A stretch of 64,000 nucleotides of DNA from Podarcis liolepis (lineage: Eukaryota). The stretch is taken from assembly GCA_965112155.1 (NCBI GenBank), contig OZ218099.1; one strand, written 5' to 3'. The notes below the pieces were generated by a model. That model was not told the DNA's origin, made no database searches, and saw only the letters and a list, made by a program, of their open reading frames with translations. Below are positions 25,584 to 38,484 of this stretch, piece after piece; the first letter of the stretch is position 1; every line of letters starts with the position of its first letter. The translations under genes and the position numbers were made by a program.

Positions 25584-26277
25584 TACTAGCATTGCTACAG
25601 CTTATTTGAATGGCAGACACAATGGCAGAGCATTAACAGCCAGTATACCCATATGACCTGAACTTTGCCAAGTAAACTGTATTGCTGATGGTGTTGTGGG
25701 GACAGGTCTGCTACTCTGCTTGTCCACGATGGAAACTACTGACCCAGGCATATGTACAAGAATCAGAAGAGAAAGAAAATAGATGCTTTAAAAAAACAAA
25801 AAACCGCTCATTAATACTGTTGGTTACTTGGTTACTGCCCTCACTTTAATGTCAGAGCACGCCAAACAAAATGTAGCTTACTCACATTCACAGACGATGA
25901 GAAAAGGGACTATCAAATTCAAATGACTGCATATTATTTATTATTGCCATTTTAGATTAACAAAATAATCCTCAAATAGTGAAGTAAATACAGTTACTGA
26001 GAAGTATGGGTAAATTAAAGTTCATATCATAATTAAGCATATAAGATTTTCCAGTCATATGGAATTTTCTCTTTTGCTTCATTAAAATGTACATCTAACT
26101 GAAGTTGCCCTTGCGTTTAATGAGCTGAAAGATGGAGTAGTTTATTCTTCCAGATCTAATTTTGCCAAATGAGACTGCAGTTCACAAGCGATGTGAACTG
26201 AAATAGCCCCTTAGAAATGATTGGGTCCGGTGGATAATGGGGAAGCTGTTGTTTTGATGCGAATCATGATATTAGCG

Positions 26278-26324
<47 letters not shown>
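26278..26324. repeat. (AGAC)n microsatellite
   Basis: Seen directly. Confidence 0.97.
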
Positions 26325-26360
26325 TGAATGACCTAAATTAGGGGTCAACAATTTGCGACC

Positions 26361-26464
26361 CTGGAAGAGTGTCATCTGACTCTTTAAGCCAGGCATGTCC
26401 AAAGTCCACTCTGGAAGAGTGTCATCTGACTCTTTAAGCCAGGCATGTCCAAAGTCCACTCTGG
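26361..26464. repeat. Perfect 50-bp tandem duplication
   Basis: 26361-26410 is identical to 26411-26460, followed by CTGG. Confidence 0.97.
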
Positions 26465-26661
26465 GGGCCTAATCCGGCTTGCCGGTCAGTTTAATCCGGC
26501 CCCCAGCCCCATGGCATTTCCTGGGGTGAAATGCTAAAAAAACCTGGGGTAAAATGCTAAAAAAAAGTTCAGCAACTTCAACTTCAATCCAAAAAGGTCA
26601 ACAACACAACCCTTCACGTCATCAAAACTGACCCTCTTTGAAAAAAGTTTGGACACCACTG
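26440..26661. mobile_element. hAT-Charlie-type MITE
   Basis: TIR CAGGCATGTCCAAA / TTTGGACACCACTG; TSD CTTTAAGC at 26432-26439 and 26662-26669. Confidence 0.9.
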
Positions 26662-26772
26662 CTTTAAGCTGCCCTTAACATAATGACCATATCATGTCAT
26701 GCCCAGCCCAGGAGGCTTCTTCTATGTATACCTAGCATGCCATTGTTGTTGTTGTTGTTGTTGTCGTCAGGG

Positions 26773-27162
26773 CAGTGGCGTAGCGTGGGGGTGCAGGGGG
26801 GGCCGGCCGCACCGGGCGCAACATCTGGGGGGGCGCTCGCACTTGCAGCTCTCTGCCCCTACCTGGCTCACTCACTCTCTCTCACTGCAGTGCTGGCTGT
26901 GCGAATCCGATCCGAGCCGCTGGGTCGCCGCCCACTGTGGAGGGGGTGGGTGCCAGGCGTGCAGTGCGGAGAGAGAGAGAGGGACTATCTGGGGGAGGGA
27001 CAGTGCAGCGGCCGCCCAGCGCAGCGCTGAGCGCGGGAGAGAACCACACCAGACCAGCCCAGGCAGCAGCAAGAAGAAGCTGGCAGCGGCGGCAGGTTAA
27101 GGGTAAGGGGGCGCAAATTACTTGCCTTGCCCCGGGTGCTGACAACCCACGCTACGCCGCTG
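26773..27162. mobile_element. GC/CpG-rich non-autonomous hAT element
   Basis: 17-bp TIR CAG(T/C)GGCGTAGCGTGGG (16/17); TSD (C/T)GTCAGGG at 26765-26772 and 27163-27170. Confidence 0.92.
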
Positions 27163-28831
27163 TGTCAGGGGCTGAACCACCACCAGATTATCACCAATTT
27201 CCTTGGTGATGATCTGTTAGGTGGTGTATGCTGGTGGTGGATGGGGTCAGAGCCAAGGTGGTTAGTTTGCAGCACTGCGTAGCTCTCTCACGGTCCTCCC
27301 CCCACCCCATCTTTTCCCTCTCCATCCAGCCACCTGTTTCAGCATACACACCACCTCTGTTAGCACAGGTCAGGAAGAACTTTCAGGTTTCCTCCCCTCC
27401 TTCCATCCTCCTCCAGACTGTCTAAAACCAGAAACAAAAGTCAGAGGGAAAGTGGGCAAGGCTGCCATGTGCAAGGACAGTGTGATTAAGGCTAGTATGC
27501 ATGGCTACTCCCTGTTGCTATTCCCTGTTCAGGCCTAACAGGTCTTTGGCCTCCCAGCCAACAGATGTCTGGCTTTTTTTCATTGACTGCCTCAAAAATG
27601 TATCCAGTTGTTCTAAGCTGGAAATTAAACATTAACATTGATTTAATAACTGTAAATATATTAACAGAAACTTTGAGGCTTATTTTTTTACTTCCTTTCC
27701 AGCTTGCCCCTGAGTCTGGTGCTCTTTCCGTGCTCATCCAAGTTTCATCACTAGAAGTTTCAAGCACATTTTCCCAAACCTGCTTCTTTATCATCCTTTC
27801 TCCCTCTGCCCCACCCCCCACCCCCCAGAGCATAGAAAGTGGAATTAGAGAATGTTGCTAAGCACTGAATAGTGTTCTTGGAGCATGTTACAAAATGCAT
27901 TTGTCCATTATTATCTAGGTCACGATGAGTGGGCAGAATGGCTTTTGTTACAAGTGCCTTCAATGCATTAATATGGATATGCTTAGAGAAGGGGGAAATA
28001 TCCAGGACTTTATTTTTACAAGAAACATCCAATAAATTCTAGTTTGTCAATGCTTCCTCTCTCTCCCCCCCCCACCCCCCGCCGCCCTTCTTCTGCATTA
28101 ACAAGCCAAGAGGATGGAAAATGGATGTTGTCTGCTTTCAATATGCTCTAAGAGAAAGGGAAAGTAGAGGAAGCCAAGAGAGCATGAACTATTTGCAATT
28201 GTCACTTTGGGACCTGAAAGACGTGCATTTTCAGCAGGCAGGTGATTGCCACTCAAAGGAAGAAAGAGTGGCAAGAGGCAGATAATAAACAGCCTTGAGA
28301 TTAAAGTGCATACTTGGGAATCAGCACTCCGGAAAGTTTGAGGGACCTGTGAGCTTGTAGCCTTGATGTCCAGTTTTTCTTCAAAAAAAAATAAATACCT
28401 TTACTAAAGTGCTAAAGAGTTGGATCCTGAATATGTTATTTTAGCTCAGTTGGGGAGATTTCAACCTCACACTAATTTGATTGTGATATAAGCATTTCTG
28501 CTTGCCAGAAAGAATGATTAATTTGGGAGCCTTGCAGTGATATCACCCTCTTGGAATCAAGAAACATCTTTGGAGAGACAGACATTCCTGAAGTCCTCCC
28601 AGCTGTGAAAACTGCAATCAGGGCCTTGAATTGATTTTGAGGTGTTATCATCTGAGGAAGATTTTCAAAACAGGGTCTTATCTGGAAGCCTCCCATTGCC
28701 GACTGGTTTAGAGCATTTTTCAATACAAGAACAATTATTTTTGTGCTGGTTTCCCATAGACATCTGGTTGGCCACTATGAGAACAGGGTGCCATTGGCCT
28801 GATCCAGCAACCTTTTCATATATTCTTATGT

Positions 28832-30610
28832 TTTGATACTATTAAATATGGTATCCTCTGGAACTGGCTTTATGAAATGGGCTTTGGGGTACTGTTTTTT
28901 GTGGCTCTGGCCCTACCTCCAGGATTGGTTACAGAGAACAGCACTGGATAATGATTTCTAAGCCCCCTGGTGGTTCTGCTGTGGGATGCTACAGAGTACC
29001 ACCCTGTCCCCAATGATATTTAACATCTACATGAAGTCATCGGGAACATTCTTTAGGAGCTTTGGAGCCAGGTGCCACCAGTATGCTCATTATTTGTTTT
29101 TGTTTAGTCGTTTAGTCGTGTCTGACTCTTCGTGACCCCATAGACCAGAGCACGCCAGGAACTTCTGTCTTCCACTGCCTCCCGCAGTTTGGTCAAACAA
29201 ACTCATGCTGGTAGCTTCGAGAACACTATCCAACCATCTCGTCCTCTGTCGTCCCCTTCTCCTTGTGCCCTCCATCTTTCCCAGCATCAGGGTCTTTTCC
29301 AGGGAGTCTTCTCTTCTCATGAGGTGGCCAAAGTATTGGAGCCTCAGCTTCACAATCTGTCCTTCCAGCGAGCACTCAGGGCTGATTTCCTTCAGAATGG
29401 AGAGGTTTGATCTTCTTGCTGTCCGTGGGACTCTCAAGAGTCTCCTCCAGCACAATAATTCAAAAGCATCAATTCTTCGGTGATCAGCCTTCTTTATGGT
29501 CCAGCTTTATGGTATGCTCCTTTATGGTCCAGCTTTATGGTATGCTCATGATACCCAGCTCTATTTCTCCATCTTATCTGAATCGGGAGAGGCCACACAA
29601 GCCCTGGACCTGTGTCTGGACTCAGTGGCAAGATGGATGAGAGATAATAAACTCATTCTGAACCCTATCAAGATAAAGGCCCTGCAGATGAGCAGTTCCC
29701 ATGTCTGAAGGAGCAGGCTCATAGTATGGAGTGCTGCTGTCGCCAGAGGTCCTGGTGACCTCACTGGCTGGAACCTTTACTGGCTTCAAATGGTAAGATA
29801 GCTATGGCCATTTCTAGACTGTACAGCTTGACCACTGCTGTCCATGGGCTGGCAACCTCTAGATTGGATTATTTTAGTGTGGGGTTGCAAAATTCAGTGG
29901 CTAGACTGCTCACTAGGGCAGAACTTTTATGCTATTTCTGAAAGAATTGCACTGGCTGCCAATTAGCTAATGGACTAATTTAAAAGAGCTGGTACTGATG
30001 TGCAAAGCCCTATGTAGCTTGGGACCAGGATACAGAAAAGATCATCTCATCCCATATCTATACCCAATTGATCACTGCATTCTGCAGGAGACGGCATCAT
30101 GCAGATACCATCTTATCAGAAGGTCTGCTCTGCACAATGTTGGAATCAAGCCTATCCTTTGGCACTCCCTCCCATTATATATCAGATGAGCGCCATGTCT
30201 TGTCTTTCATCCACTTGTTGAAGACTTTCCTCTTTCAACAAGCCATCTATAAGGAGATTGTTTTGCTGGTTGGTATCTGTATGCATGTGTAATAATGTGA
30301 GCATCTTGGCTGTGAGACTTGGAAGACCTGCTCCCTGCCTTGCAGGCCTTTTCAATCTTTTCCTGGCAGGACAGTCCCCTGACTGACTCCAGCTACAAAA
30401 GCTGAGGCTACTGAACAGAATCTTGGGCTGGGGTATTATTTGTTGCCGTTGCTGATGTTAAATTTTTGTATCTTTATTTTGTATCATATGATTTATGTGG
30501 AAATTGTTCAGTTTGGTTGTGTATTTTTTGTTTATTGTTTATGGCTTTTTGTTATGTTTGTAGTTATGTATTTTTAATATGTTGTAGGCCACCTTGAGCC
30601 ACTTATAGAT
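28832..30610 (+). mobile_element. Degenerate L2 LINE (RT domain to 3' end), interrupted by Bov-B
   Basis: Remnant motifs FDTI..GIL, LSPMIFNIYMK, CHQYA(H)DTQLYFS, WMRDNKL.LNP.K, LHWLP, LKTFLFQQA; T-rich UTR ending TGTAGGCCACCTTGAG. Confidence 0.85.
29091..29505 (-). mobile_element. Bov-B (RTE) LINE, 5'-truncated
   Basis: CWRRLLRVP..LKEISPECSLEGQIVKLRLQYFGHLMRREDSLEKTLMLGK; TSD GTATGCTCAT at 29081-29090 and 29540-29549. Confidence 0.97.
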
Positions 30611-31830
30611 TTCCCCCAAAAAAGAGGACAGAAAAGGATACAGATCTGCGTGAAATTTGCATATGCTAATTTATATACAGTGATGCAAATTTTGAAACAA
30701 TTGCTAATATATCTCATTATAATAGGGAAAGACTCTGTTCAGGTGGCCTTGGTGTTCCACTGAGTTCAATCAGCCTTACTACCGTGTAACTGTAAGATCA
30801 TAGACCTGGAGGATTATTATGACCTGCTAATTATGAAATCTGAAGACTGTCATAGTTTATTTCCACTGCCTGCTAATGAGAAATAAAGAAGATAAACTGC
30901 TGTTGGGCAGGAATATGTTTAAAAAGCATTTTGAAATGTAACTAAAAATAAGCAGAACACTTTATGTACCTGAAAGAGATATGCAGATCCCTTTGTGTTC
31001 TAAACAGGATCTTGCAGATGGGGGGATCTTACCATAAATATCTCTGGTTTTTGCTGACACTAGTAATACTGGTTGTATCAGAAGAATAAAGTGGTGTGTG
31101 TTTTTTGTAATACAGCATCTCATGCACATTTGGGCATGGTGGTAGGAGGCAATGGAGGGCTGGTGCTCGTTTTGAATTTCCAAGCTTTTAGCTCTTTAAG
31201 TTACACTTCCTATATTAAGAGTGATAAATCAAGGGCAACTGAGAGGACATTTCTTCCTTCCCAGGACTCAGAGTCCTGAGATGACGACGCTACCCTCCAT
31301 ATACTGACAAAGGAGCAGGAAGAGCAAATACGAAATTTTACTTGCAAATACAGAATTCCAAACAGAATACCTATCACAATTCACATCACACCAGAGTTTG
31401 TGATTATTTGAACAACTCTCCTGTGCATTTTAATTATAAGTCTTATTTTTAAAATATTTCCTTTATTAACAATTATTATGAATAATTAATATTTTGAAAT
31501 AATCAGGAATATTTTGACAGTTCATAGGAGCGTTATCTTTTTTAAAAAGTATATTAAAGCAATTTTATCAAGCATTATCCTGTGTAATCAGCAATCACAA
31601 TTCTGTCTTGCTTGTGGTATAGGAATAAAATCAGCAAGGCTTAATTACCATCCGTTCTATAGCCTAATGAGATGGACAGGATGTGGTTGTGTACTTCAGT
31701 CCATAATATAAATACTGCATTATTATTTTAATAAATGTCTTACCCAACACTGCAAATAACATATCCCAGAGTGGCTCAAACAAAAATATTTCACAATAAA
31801 ACCATCAGCATTATAAAATAGAACACAACA

Positions 31831-31939
31831 GTTGGTTCTCAACCAATGTTTAGACCCATTGAAATGAATGGCCATGACTTAGTTAGGCCTATTCATTTCA
31901 CTGGGTCTACTATGAGTAAAGCTTAGTTGAATACCACTC
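31831..31939. mobile_element. Short palindromic MITE (AGACCCATTGAAAT...ATTTCACTGGGTCT); relatives at 51029-51147, 51381-51467, 56030-56139
   Basis: Self-complementary core; related copies end in GGATACAACCC. Confidence 0.7.
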
Positions 31940-33051
31940 CATATAACAACCATGATTACAAGCCCCCCTCATGTGTTATTTTTCATTTTTGTACAACACT
32001 CAGACATTGTACAATGTGAGCAGTCTATACATCATTCAAAATAAAAGAAAAAAGAAAGTGAAATGAATTGGGTTTAAACTTGTTGCTACTGCTTTGTCCC
32101 ACAGATTTCAGGTACCTAAGTGCATTTTTCCCCTAGATGGGAGCACTGGAATTATGTGGAATAAATTTGTCAGAATGGGAGTTTCAGATGGTCTAAAGCC
32201 CTCAATTTAGAACTGAAGCATTGAGGAATAGTCAAGTATGTCCACTGAAGCAACTGCTTGGTGTGCTGATTAGTACATTTTGTTTTTCTTGAGGGGATGG
32301 AATTTGAAATGTTTAAGCTGCATCAGCCATTAATAAAAAGTGAATCAGCAAATGACAGAGGAATGGAGCATAACAATAGGTTGTTTTATCCATGTAAAAA
32401 ACAAGCTAGATAATGAAAATCTGGATTTACAGATATATGTTGCAGAAAATGATTCAAAATTGATTTGGAGCTATTCCTGGGATTATGCCAGTCATTATTT
32501 GTGACTATTGTAGCCAGCCTTTGATGGATAAGACATGTTTTTTGCTAACTTTTACCACAGACTGCATACTAAAAACCTGATTTTCCTCATTTGCTGTGTG
32601 CCAGTTATCATTTGTCACCCAGGGAGCAGAAACAACAGACAGAGCCCAAACCCCAAGAAGAAATACCATCATTTTAAGTAATACAGTGGAAAACTTTTGT
32701 ACTGAATATAATGAACAAAAATAAGCAATAAGAATAAAATATTTAATTTTCTCCCATCCCCAGTGTGTGTCGTACAGTCAGTCTCCCCCTATGAAAACCC
32801 CAGCATAGAATTTCAAGCCATTTACAGTCTCTAGCACCCATAGTTCAACTGATGCAAGAGAAGAATAAGATTTGTCTATGACACCATCCTCTAGGCCTAT
32901 TACCTTTAGGTGTGTGGATGAGTCAAACAAGCCTCAAGCGAATTTCATTTCTCTTCCCCTTTCGTCAGGCAGGATCTCCCCCTCAACTTCTCAGTACCTC
33001 AGGGCAATCATCAAACTTTTCCTCACCTGTGCCTTTATGGAACTGAACCTT

Positions 33052-33183
33052 GAACCACGAACCATAGAGTTGGAAGGGGCCATAAGGATTGTCTAGTCCA
33101 AACCTCCACAATGCAGGAATCTTTCATCCAATGTGGGGCTCAAATCCATGGCCCTGAGATTAAGAGTCTCCTGCTCTACTGAC
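33052..33183 (-). mobile_element. tRNA-Lys(CTT)-headed SINE with CR1 3' tail
   Basis: 33126-33183 matches remembered vertebrate tRNA-Lys-CTT at 49/58 without gaps; 33052-33122 matches the CR1 3' end at 35541-35612. Confidence 0.85.
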
Positions 33184-34834
33184 CCTCAAAGCACATATTT
33201 AAGCAACAACCTGCCATGAAGGAGGAACCCCACTTCATTCAGTGTGGAATAGGCTGGGGGCAATTTTTATATACTGCCAATTCATACACTATAACATGGT
33301 CATGTACAACAATACAAACAATAAAATCCCAGCTCCTTTTCTTGCTCACTTAGAAAAGTAATGCCATACCAAGGAGGTGTGTAGGCAGTAGCGATAACTG
33401 TAATGAGGGGATTGTTGGGAGTGCTAGAAGAGGGTTTCTTTTATCATTCATAGCAATTGTCAGAGCTTATGCATGCAACGGTTAAGGTCTTCCATACATA
33501 TGGAGAGAAGGTGGTGCTGGTTCACAGGTTCCTGTGTGAACAAGCCAAAACAAGCATTGAAATCAAAGCTATATTTTTACAAATGTCAAGGTTTCAGGAG
33601 GGGGGGGCGGGCTCCTGAAAAATGAGCCTGTGATCTCAGTTTATTCAGTCAGTACAACCAGTGACTTTGAATTATGACTGAAATCACAGAAACCAGGAAT
33701 AGCCTGCAAATGACTACATTCATCATATTTTGGGGGGGTCTGTCAAATGTTACTAACTATTCCTAATGTGAGTAGTATATTTGTCCTTCTGCCATCCCCA
33801 TCTTCTTTCTTTGCACTGGGCTAAAAATCCCAGTGTTGGGCTAAAATCGTTTAGAGGAAAGCTGCATTGCTGAAAGGCAGTGATGTTTGAGGGGACAACA
33901 TGTCATCAACTCGGAAGAGCGGTCTTCTTTTCTAATTGAAGGATATGTAGGCTTGAGTCTAGATGCGTTCCAGCTCAGAAATACAATGGCAATGGCCTTG
34001 GGCAGGAGCTTAAATCAAAAAAGTGTCAGAGGAGAGTGAGAGGCATGCTCAAATTGGCCTTCCAAATTCTTTGCTGTGAAGTTTAATACTCTACACTTGG
34101 TTTTCTTCTTTATAAGTTCTGACATTCACTTTGCAGGCATTAAAGCCATAACTGTTGCTAATCCTTTCAGTGACAAACATGACTATGACTTCTCTGCAGC
34201 AACCAATTTGTGACCTTGTTTTGTTTTTTTAGAAACTTCCAAAATATTGAGTTTGTTCTGGGTATTTGTGTTACCAGAATATAGATTAGACAGCAGTATA
34301 TCAGGTATGCATTGCATGAAGAGTCAGCAAAGCATCAAGCAGCAACAATTCATAATGTGCTTTTCTTCAGAGTGCATGCAATTATTTTATTTAAGTGTGT
34401 GTGTGTGTGTCTGTGTGTGTGTGTGTTTTCAAAACTTGCTGTTCCTTTCCATTTGAGGTGGCTGTTGTTCTTTTTTTGAAACTCACCAATTAAAGAACAC
34501 CATTTAAGTTATTTATGTTAGCTTCTCCTAGTAACATGTCACATTACATCACAGCATGTAATTTAGTGTACCTGAGTCTCTGGATTCAGATACATTCAGT
34601 ACTGTCTGTTGTTTTCAAAGTGGATGAGCGAACTGACCCTAACAAGAATTCCACTCATCTTTGAGCTGACATCTCAAAATAGATATCATAATGGAAATAC
34701 TAACTTAAAACAAAACAAGACAAAACTTATGAAATTCAAAAGCCACATTTATTCAAACCCAGCAGTTTCTACTTTCAGTGGGCATGCTAAAAATATTTAC
34801 AGCAGGGGCAAGATTTATACTAAGGACCAAAGGA

Positions 34835-35616
34835 CTGAGCTCAAACTAATAGAATGAATTTCAATAGGGACAAATGTAAGGTTCTACACTTAGGCAGAAA
34901 TAGCCAGCTGCACAAATATAGGATGGGGGACATCTGGCTTACTAGTAATACATGTGAAAGGGATCTGTTGGTCTTAGCAGACCACAAGCTTAACATGAGT
35001 CAACAATGTGATGCTGAAGCAAAAAAAGCTAATGCTATTCTAGGCTGCATCAACAGAAGTATAGTATCCAGATCAAGGGAAGTAATAGTTTAACTCTATT
35101 CTCCCTTGGTCAGACAACACCTGGAATACTGTGTCTAGTTCTGGACACCACAATTTAAGAAGGATACTGACAAGCTGGAACATATGCAGAGGAGGGCAAC
35201 CAAGATGATCAAGGGTCTGGGAGCAAAGCCTTATGAGGAACAGTTGAAGGAGTTGGGTATGTTTAGCCTGGAGAAGAGGAGACTGAGAGAAGATATGATA
35301 ACTATCTGCAAATAGCTAAAGGGCTGTCACATGGAAGGTGGAGCAAGCTTGTTTTCTCCTGCTCTGGAGGGTAGGACTTGAACCAATGGCTTCAAGCAGC
35401 AAGAAAGGAGATTCCGACTAAACATCAGGAAGACCTTTTTGACAGTGACAGCTTTTTGACAGTGAGCGGGCTTCCTTGGGAGGCTGTGGAAGTTTTTAAT
35501 CAGAGGTTGGATGGCCATCTGTCATGGATGCTTTAGCTGAGATTCCTGCATTGCAGGGGGTTGGACTAGGTGACCCTCAGGGTCCCTTCCTACTCTACAG
35601 TTCAATGATTCAATGA
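34835..35616 (+). mobile_element. CR1 LINE, 5'-truncated (~780 bp)
   Basis: MNFNRDKCKVLHLGR...ERDL.VL.DHKLNMSQQCD..AKKANAILGCINRSI.SRSREVI; CR1 3' UTR with octamer-like terminal repeat. Confidence 0.96.
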
Positions 35617-37020
35617 GTGCTCTTAGATATATTCAACTGTAAATTGTAAAAAGAGATGTGTATTTTATGTACATTTGCTGTGGTCTTGAGGTACAATTTC
35701 ATGTGGTATGAAGGAAGGTTGTTTTCTGTCTTACTATGTGATGCCCGTGAGATGTGAAACATCCATTCTCACACTTGGAAACTGTGAGGTGGATAATATC
35801 TGCCTGTGATATATTATGGGTGCAGACAGAAAGTCACATAAGGAAATGGCCACTTCTACAGCATCTCAGGTTCTTCATAAAACAAATCACCTGCCAGCAC
35901 CAGTTTCAGTAGACCCTGACCTTGTACCATACAAGAGTATACTTCCATTAACAGCTCACCTCCCATTCAGCTTACACATCAGTGTCAAGAAGGGCCAAAT
36001 ATGACACATGCCAACCCTCTTCCCATGCACTTGAAAAATTGTGCACTGGTTTTTACTGAAACACATAATGTATTCCCATTTTATTCTTCAGCATGTGGAT
36101 CAAATAACTGCTTCGTTTTTAATATTGAGTCTATATTTCAGTGATTTGCATTTAAATGCCTTGTCAGAGAACTTACAGAAATCTTTAATAAAACTACTGA
36201 TTTGCATTTTGATGCACACTTTAAAAAATCGTCAAGAACTCTTTTAATGGGAATACAGTATTATCAGTACAATGTTCACATTTTGAGGGAAAATGAGAAC
36301 TGTCGATCTACAGAGGAGAACAATTCAAACAAAATTAGCTTTCACAGATATCACCACATTATTGTACTGAGTTCAGAAACCCAAGTATTGTACTGAAGCT
36401 GCAAATCTTGAGAGAGAAGGAAACACACCACAAATTTATTAAGGTTTTTAGGCCACTCATCCGAAGGATTCAGAGTAGATAACAATATCTTTCTGAAAAG
36501 CTTACTAAAATACAAAACATTAAGCTAATACTTTCCTCTTCAAAATTGGCTTTACTTCAGCCCCAGAAGACAAATTGTTAACACTTCCAGAAGTGGCTTT
36601 AGTTGGTTCTGAGGGAACACAAGTTTCATAACTGAGGAACAGTAGTCAAGAACCCTTTTCATTTTATACAAGTTTTGTCCTGAAAAAGTACCTAGTTCAC
36701 CTCAAAGTCTGCAGATGTGTATGAAAAAGGAGGAAATATCTGAGGTATGATTAGCCAAAGCTATTTAGCATGCTCTAGTTGAAGAACAATGAATGAAGTC
36801 CACCTTTGTGTAAACAGATTATACCCAACATTGTCTGCTCACATGCCATCTAGATGAACACTCTGGACTAGTTGCACAATGTGTTTTCTGGTGGCTGAAA
36901 CATTACAATCAAGCTAACGTGTTCAAAGAGTAAACAGGAACTTCACAAGTTGCCACTTCACTGCTCTGTCAAGTGTGAAGATTAGAAAGCCCTGTCACAA
37001 TCTGAATAACCAGATAAGCA

Positions 37021-37060
37021 TATCTGAAGAAGTGTGCATGCACACGAAAGCTTATACCAA
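37021..37060 (+). ncRNA. Minimal type I hammerhead ribozyme motif
   Basis: CTGAAGA-A, stem II GTGTG-CATG-CACAC, GAAA, palindromic AAGCTT stem III, then ATACC; stem I reduced to TAT/ATA. Confidence 0.75.
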
Positions 37061-37158
37061 GAACAAACTTAGTTGGTCTCTAAGGTGCCACTGGACATTT
37101 TTTAAAAAGATATATATATTTTGACTGCATCAGACCAACACGGCTACCTACCTGAATC
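37021..37158 (+). mobile_element. Penelope-like element terminal fragment
   Basis: Hammerhead core followed by AACAAAC.TAGTTGGTCTCTAAGGTGCCACTGGAC...CAGACCAACACGGCTACC, as remembered for reptile PLE ends. Confidence 0.85.
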
Positions 37159-38484
37159 ATAGCATGGAGTGCTGCAAATTCAGAGTTCAGACAGAGACTA
37201 GCCACAGCACAGGGCTACTAGCCTCTGTTAGAAGAGGGTGCAGAACAACAACAAAAAAGGCAAAAAAAAAACCCTCAATGACAGGGGGTCACAACCATTG
37301 TTATTTCAGTCCCATCCAGATATGGCTTCAATAAGCTTGCTTTTATGCAACCCCTGACCACAGGCAGATGGCAAGAAGAGTCAGAGCTGGAAGCCATCAG
37401 CATGCTGATGGCATTCTAATTCTTTGAATGATCATATCCAGAGGTCTTATTTTTTTTTGGGGGGGGGAGTTATTATTGCTATATAGCAGCCTGGCATCCT
37501 GCACAGCTTCAGTGATCTTTTTTGTGTTATGGTGTATTTCCTTTTCCATTATTACCCTGTAGAAAGCCTCTGACTGTGATTCTCTGTTTTAAGGGCTGGT
37601 GTTCACCACACCGACACATTGTGGCTGCCAGACAGAACCTGCTTCTCTGCATGTGGGGTTCCTCAATTAAGCCCCAAAGCCCTGATGCTTGGCATGGAAA
37701 ACAATCACACAATCTGATAATTCAACAAAATGATATAAAATAAGGGACTATGTGATGAGGAGATTGAGAACAGCAAAGCAGTGTATTGGGAGTAACTATG
37801 CTGCATTCAGAAATTGAGCCTGGCCCATGTGCAGGTGGTGGAAACATCCTCTCTTGGGCCCACAGAGTTCTTCCTTTGTGCCCTACTTTCAATTACGCTT
37901 TGAACGGTAACATGAAAAACTTAAGACGAACATCCCATCACCATCTTTTGATCTTGACTGAAGAGATGACCATCAGAAGCACCCTGGGGAGATATTAACG
38001 CTATCTTCTGATATGTTCAGCATTACTAAAACGGCTTTATCACATGCTTATTTATTGATTGAAGAAAAATTCTACCCTAACATTTGCTCCCACAATTTCT
38101 GACAAAAAAACACAGTGGGAAATATTAGAGAATGAAAAAAAAAATGCAAGAAGTCACTAAGACAGCATCCTGAGAAGAGCATATAAGCATGGATCTTATA
38201 GGTGGGTGGGTGCATGCATGTGTGCGCACACGCACAATGGCACAGGAGGAAATTAAATACACAAAACAAATTAAAATAACAAAGAAATAAAGAAGTTTTT
38301 GCCAACTTCTAAGTGAAACTGAAAAGAGAAGGAGAGCCAACCAAACTTCTCTAGGTGTTCCAGTAAGTGATGTGTTGCTCAGTTCAGCCTGCCTCTGCAA
38401 GCATCCTCACGTGGAGGTAGGTACACTTGTACTTTTTATTTTTCAATAAAGAATGTGTGTGTGTGCGCGCGTGCACAAACACCT

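Noticed and set aside
26361-26464. CRISPR-like repeat array
   Set aside because: Two adjacent identical units with no spacers, in eukaryotic DNA.
26683-27209. CpG-island-like region with overlapping ORFs (possible promoter or first exon)
   Set aside because: The GC-rich part is bounded exactly by 17-bp TIRs and an 8-bp TSD, so it is a young transposon.
33126-33183. Functional tRNA-Lys gene
   Set aside because: 5' acceptor strand missing, CpG-decayed, B box mutated, fused to a CR1 tail.
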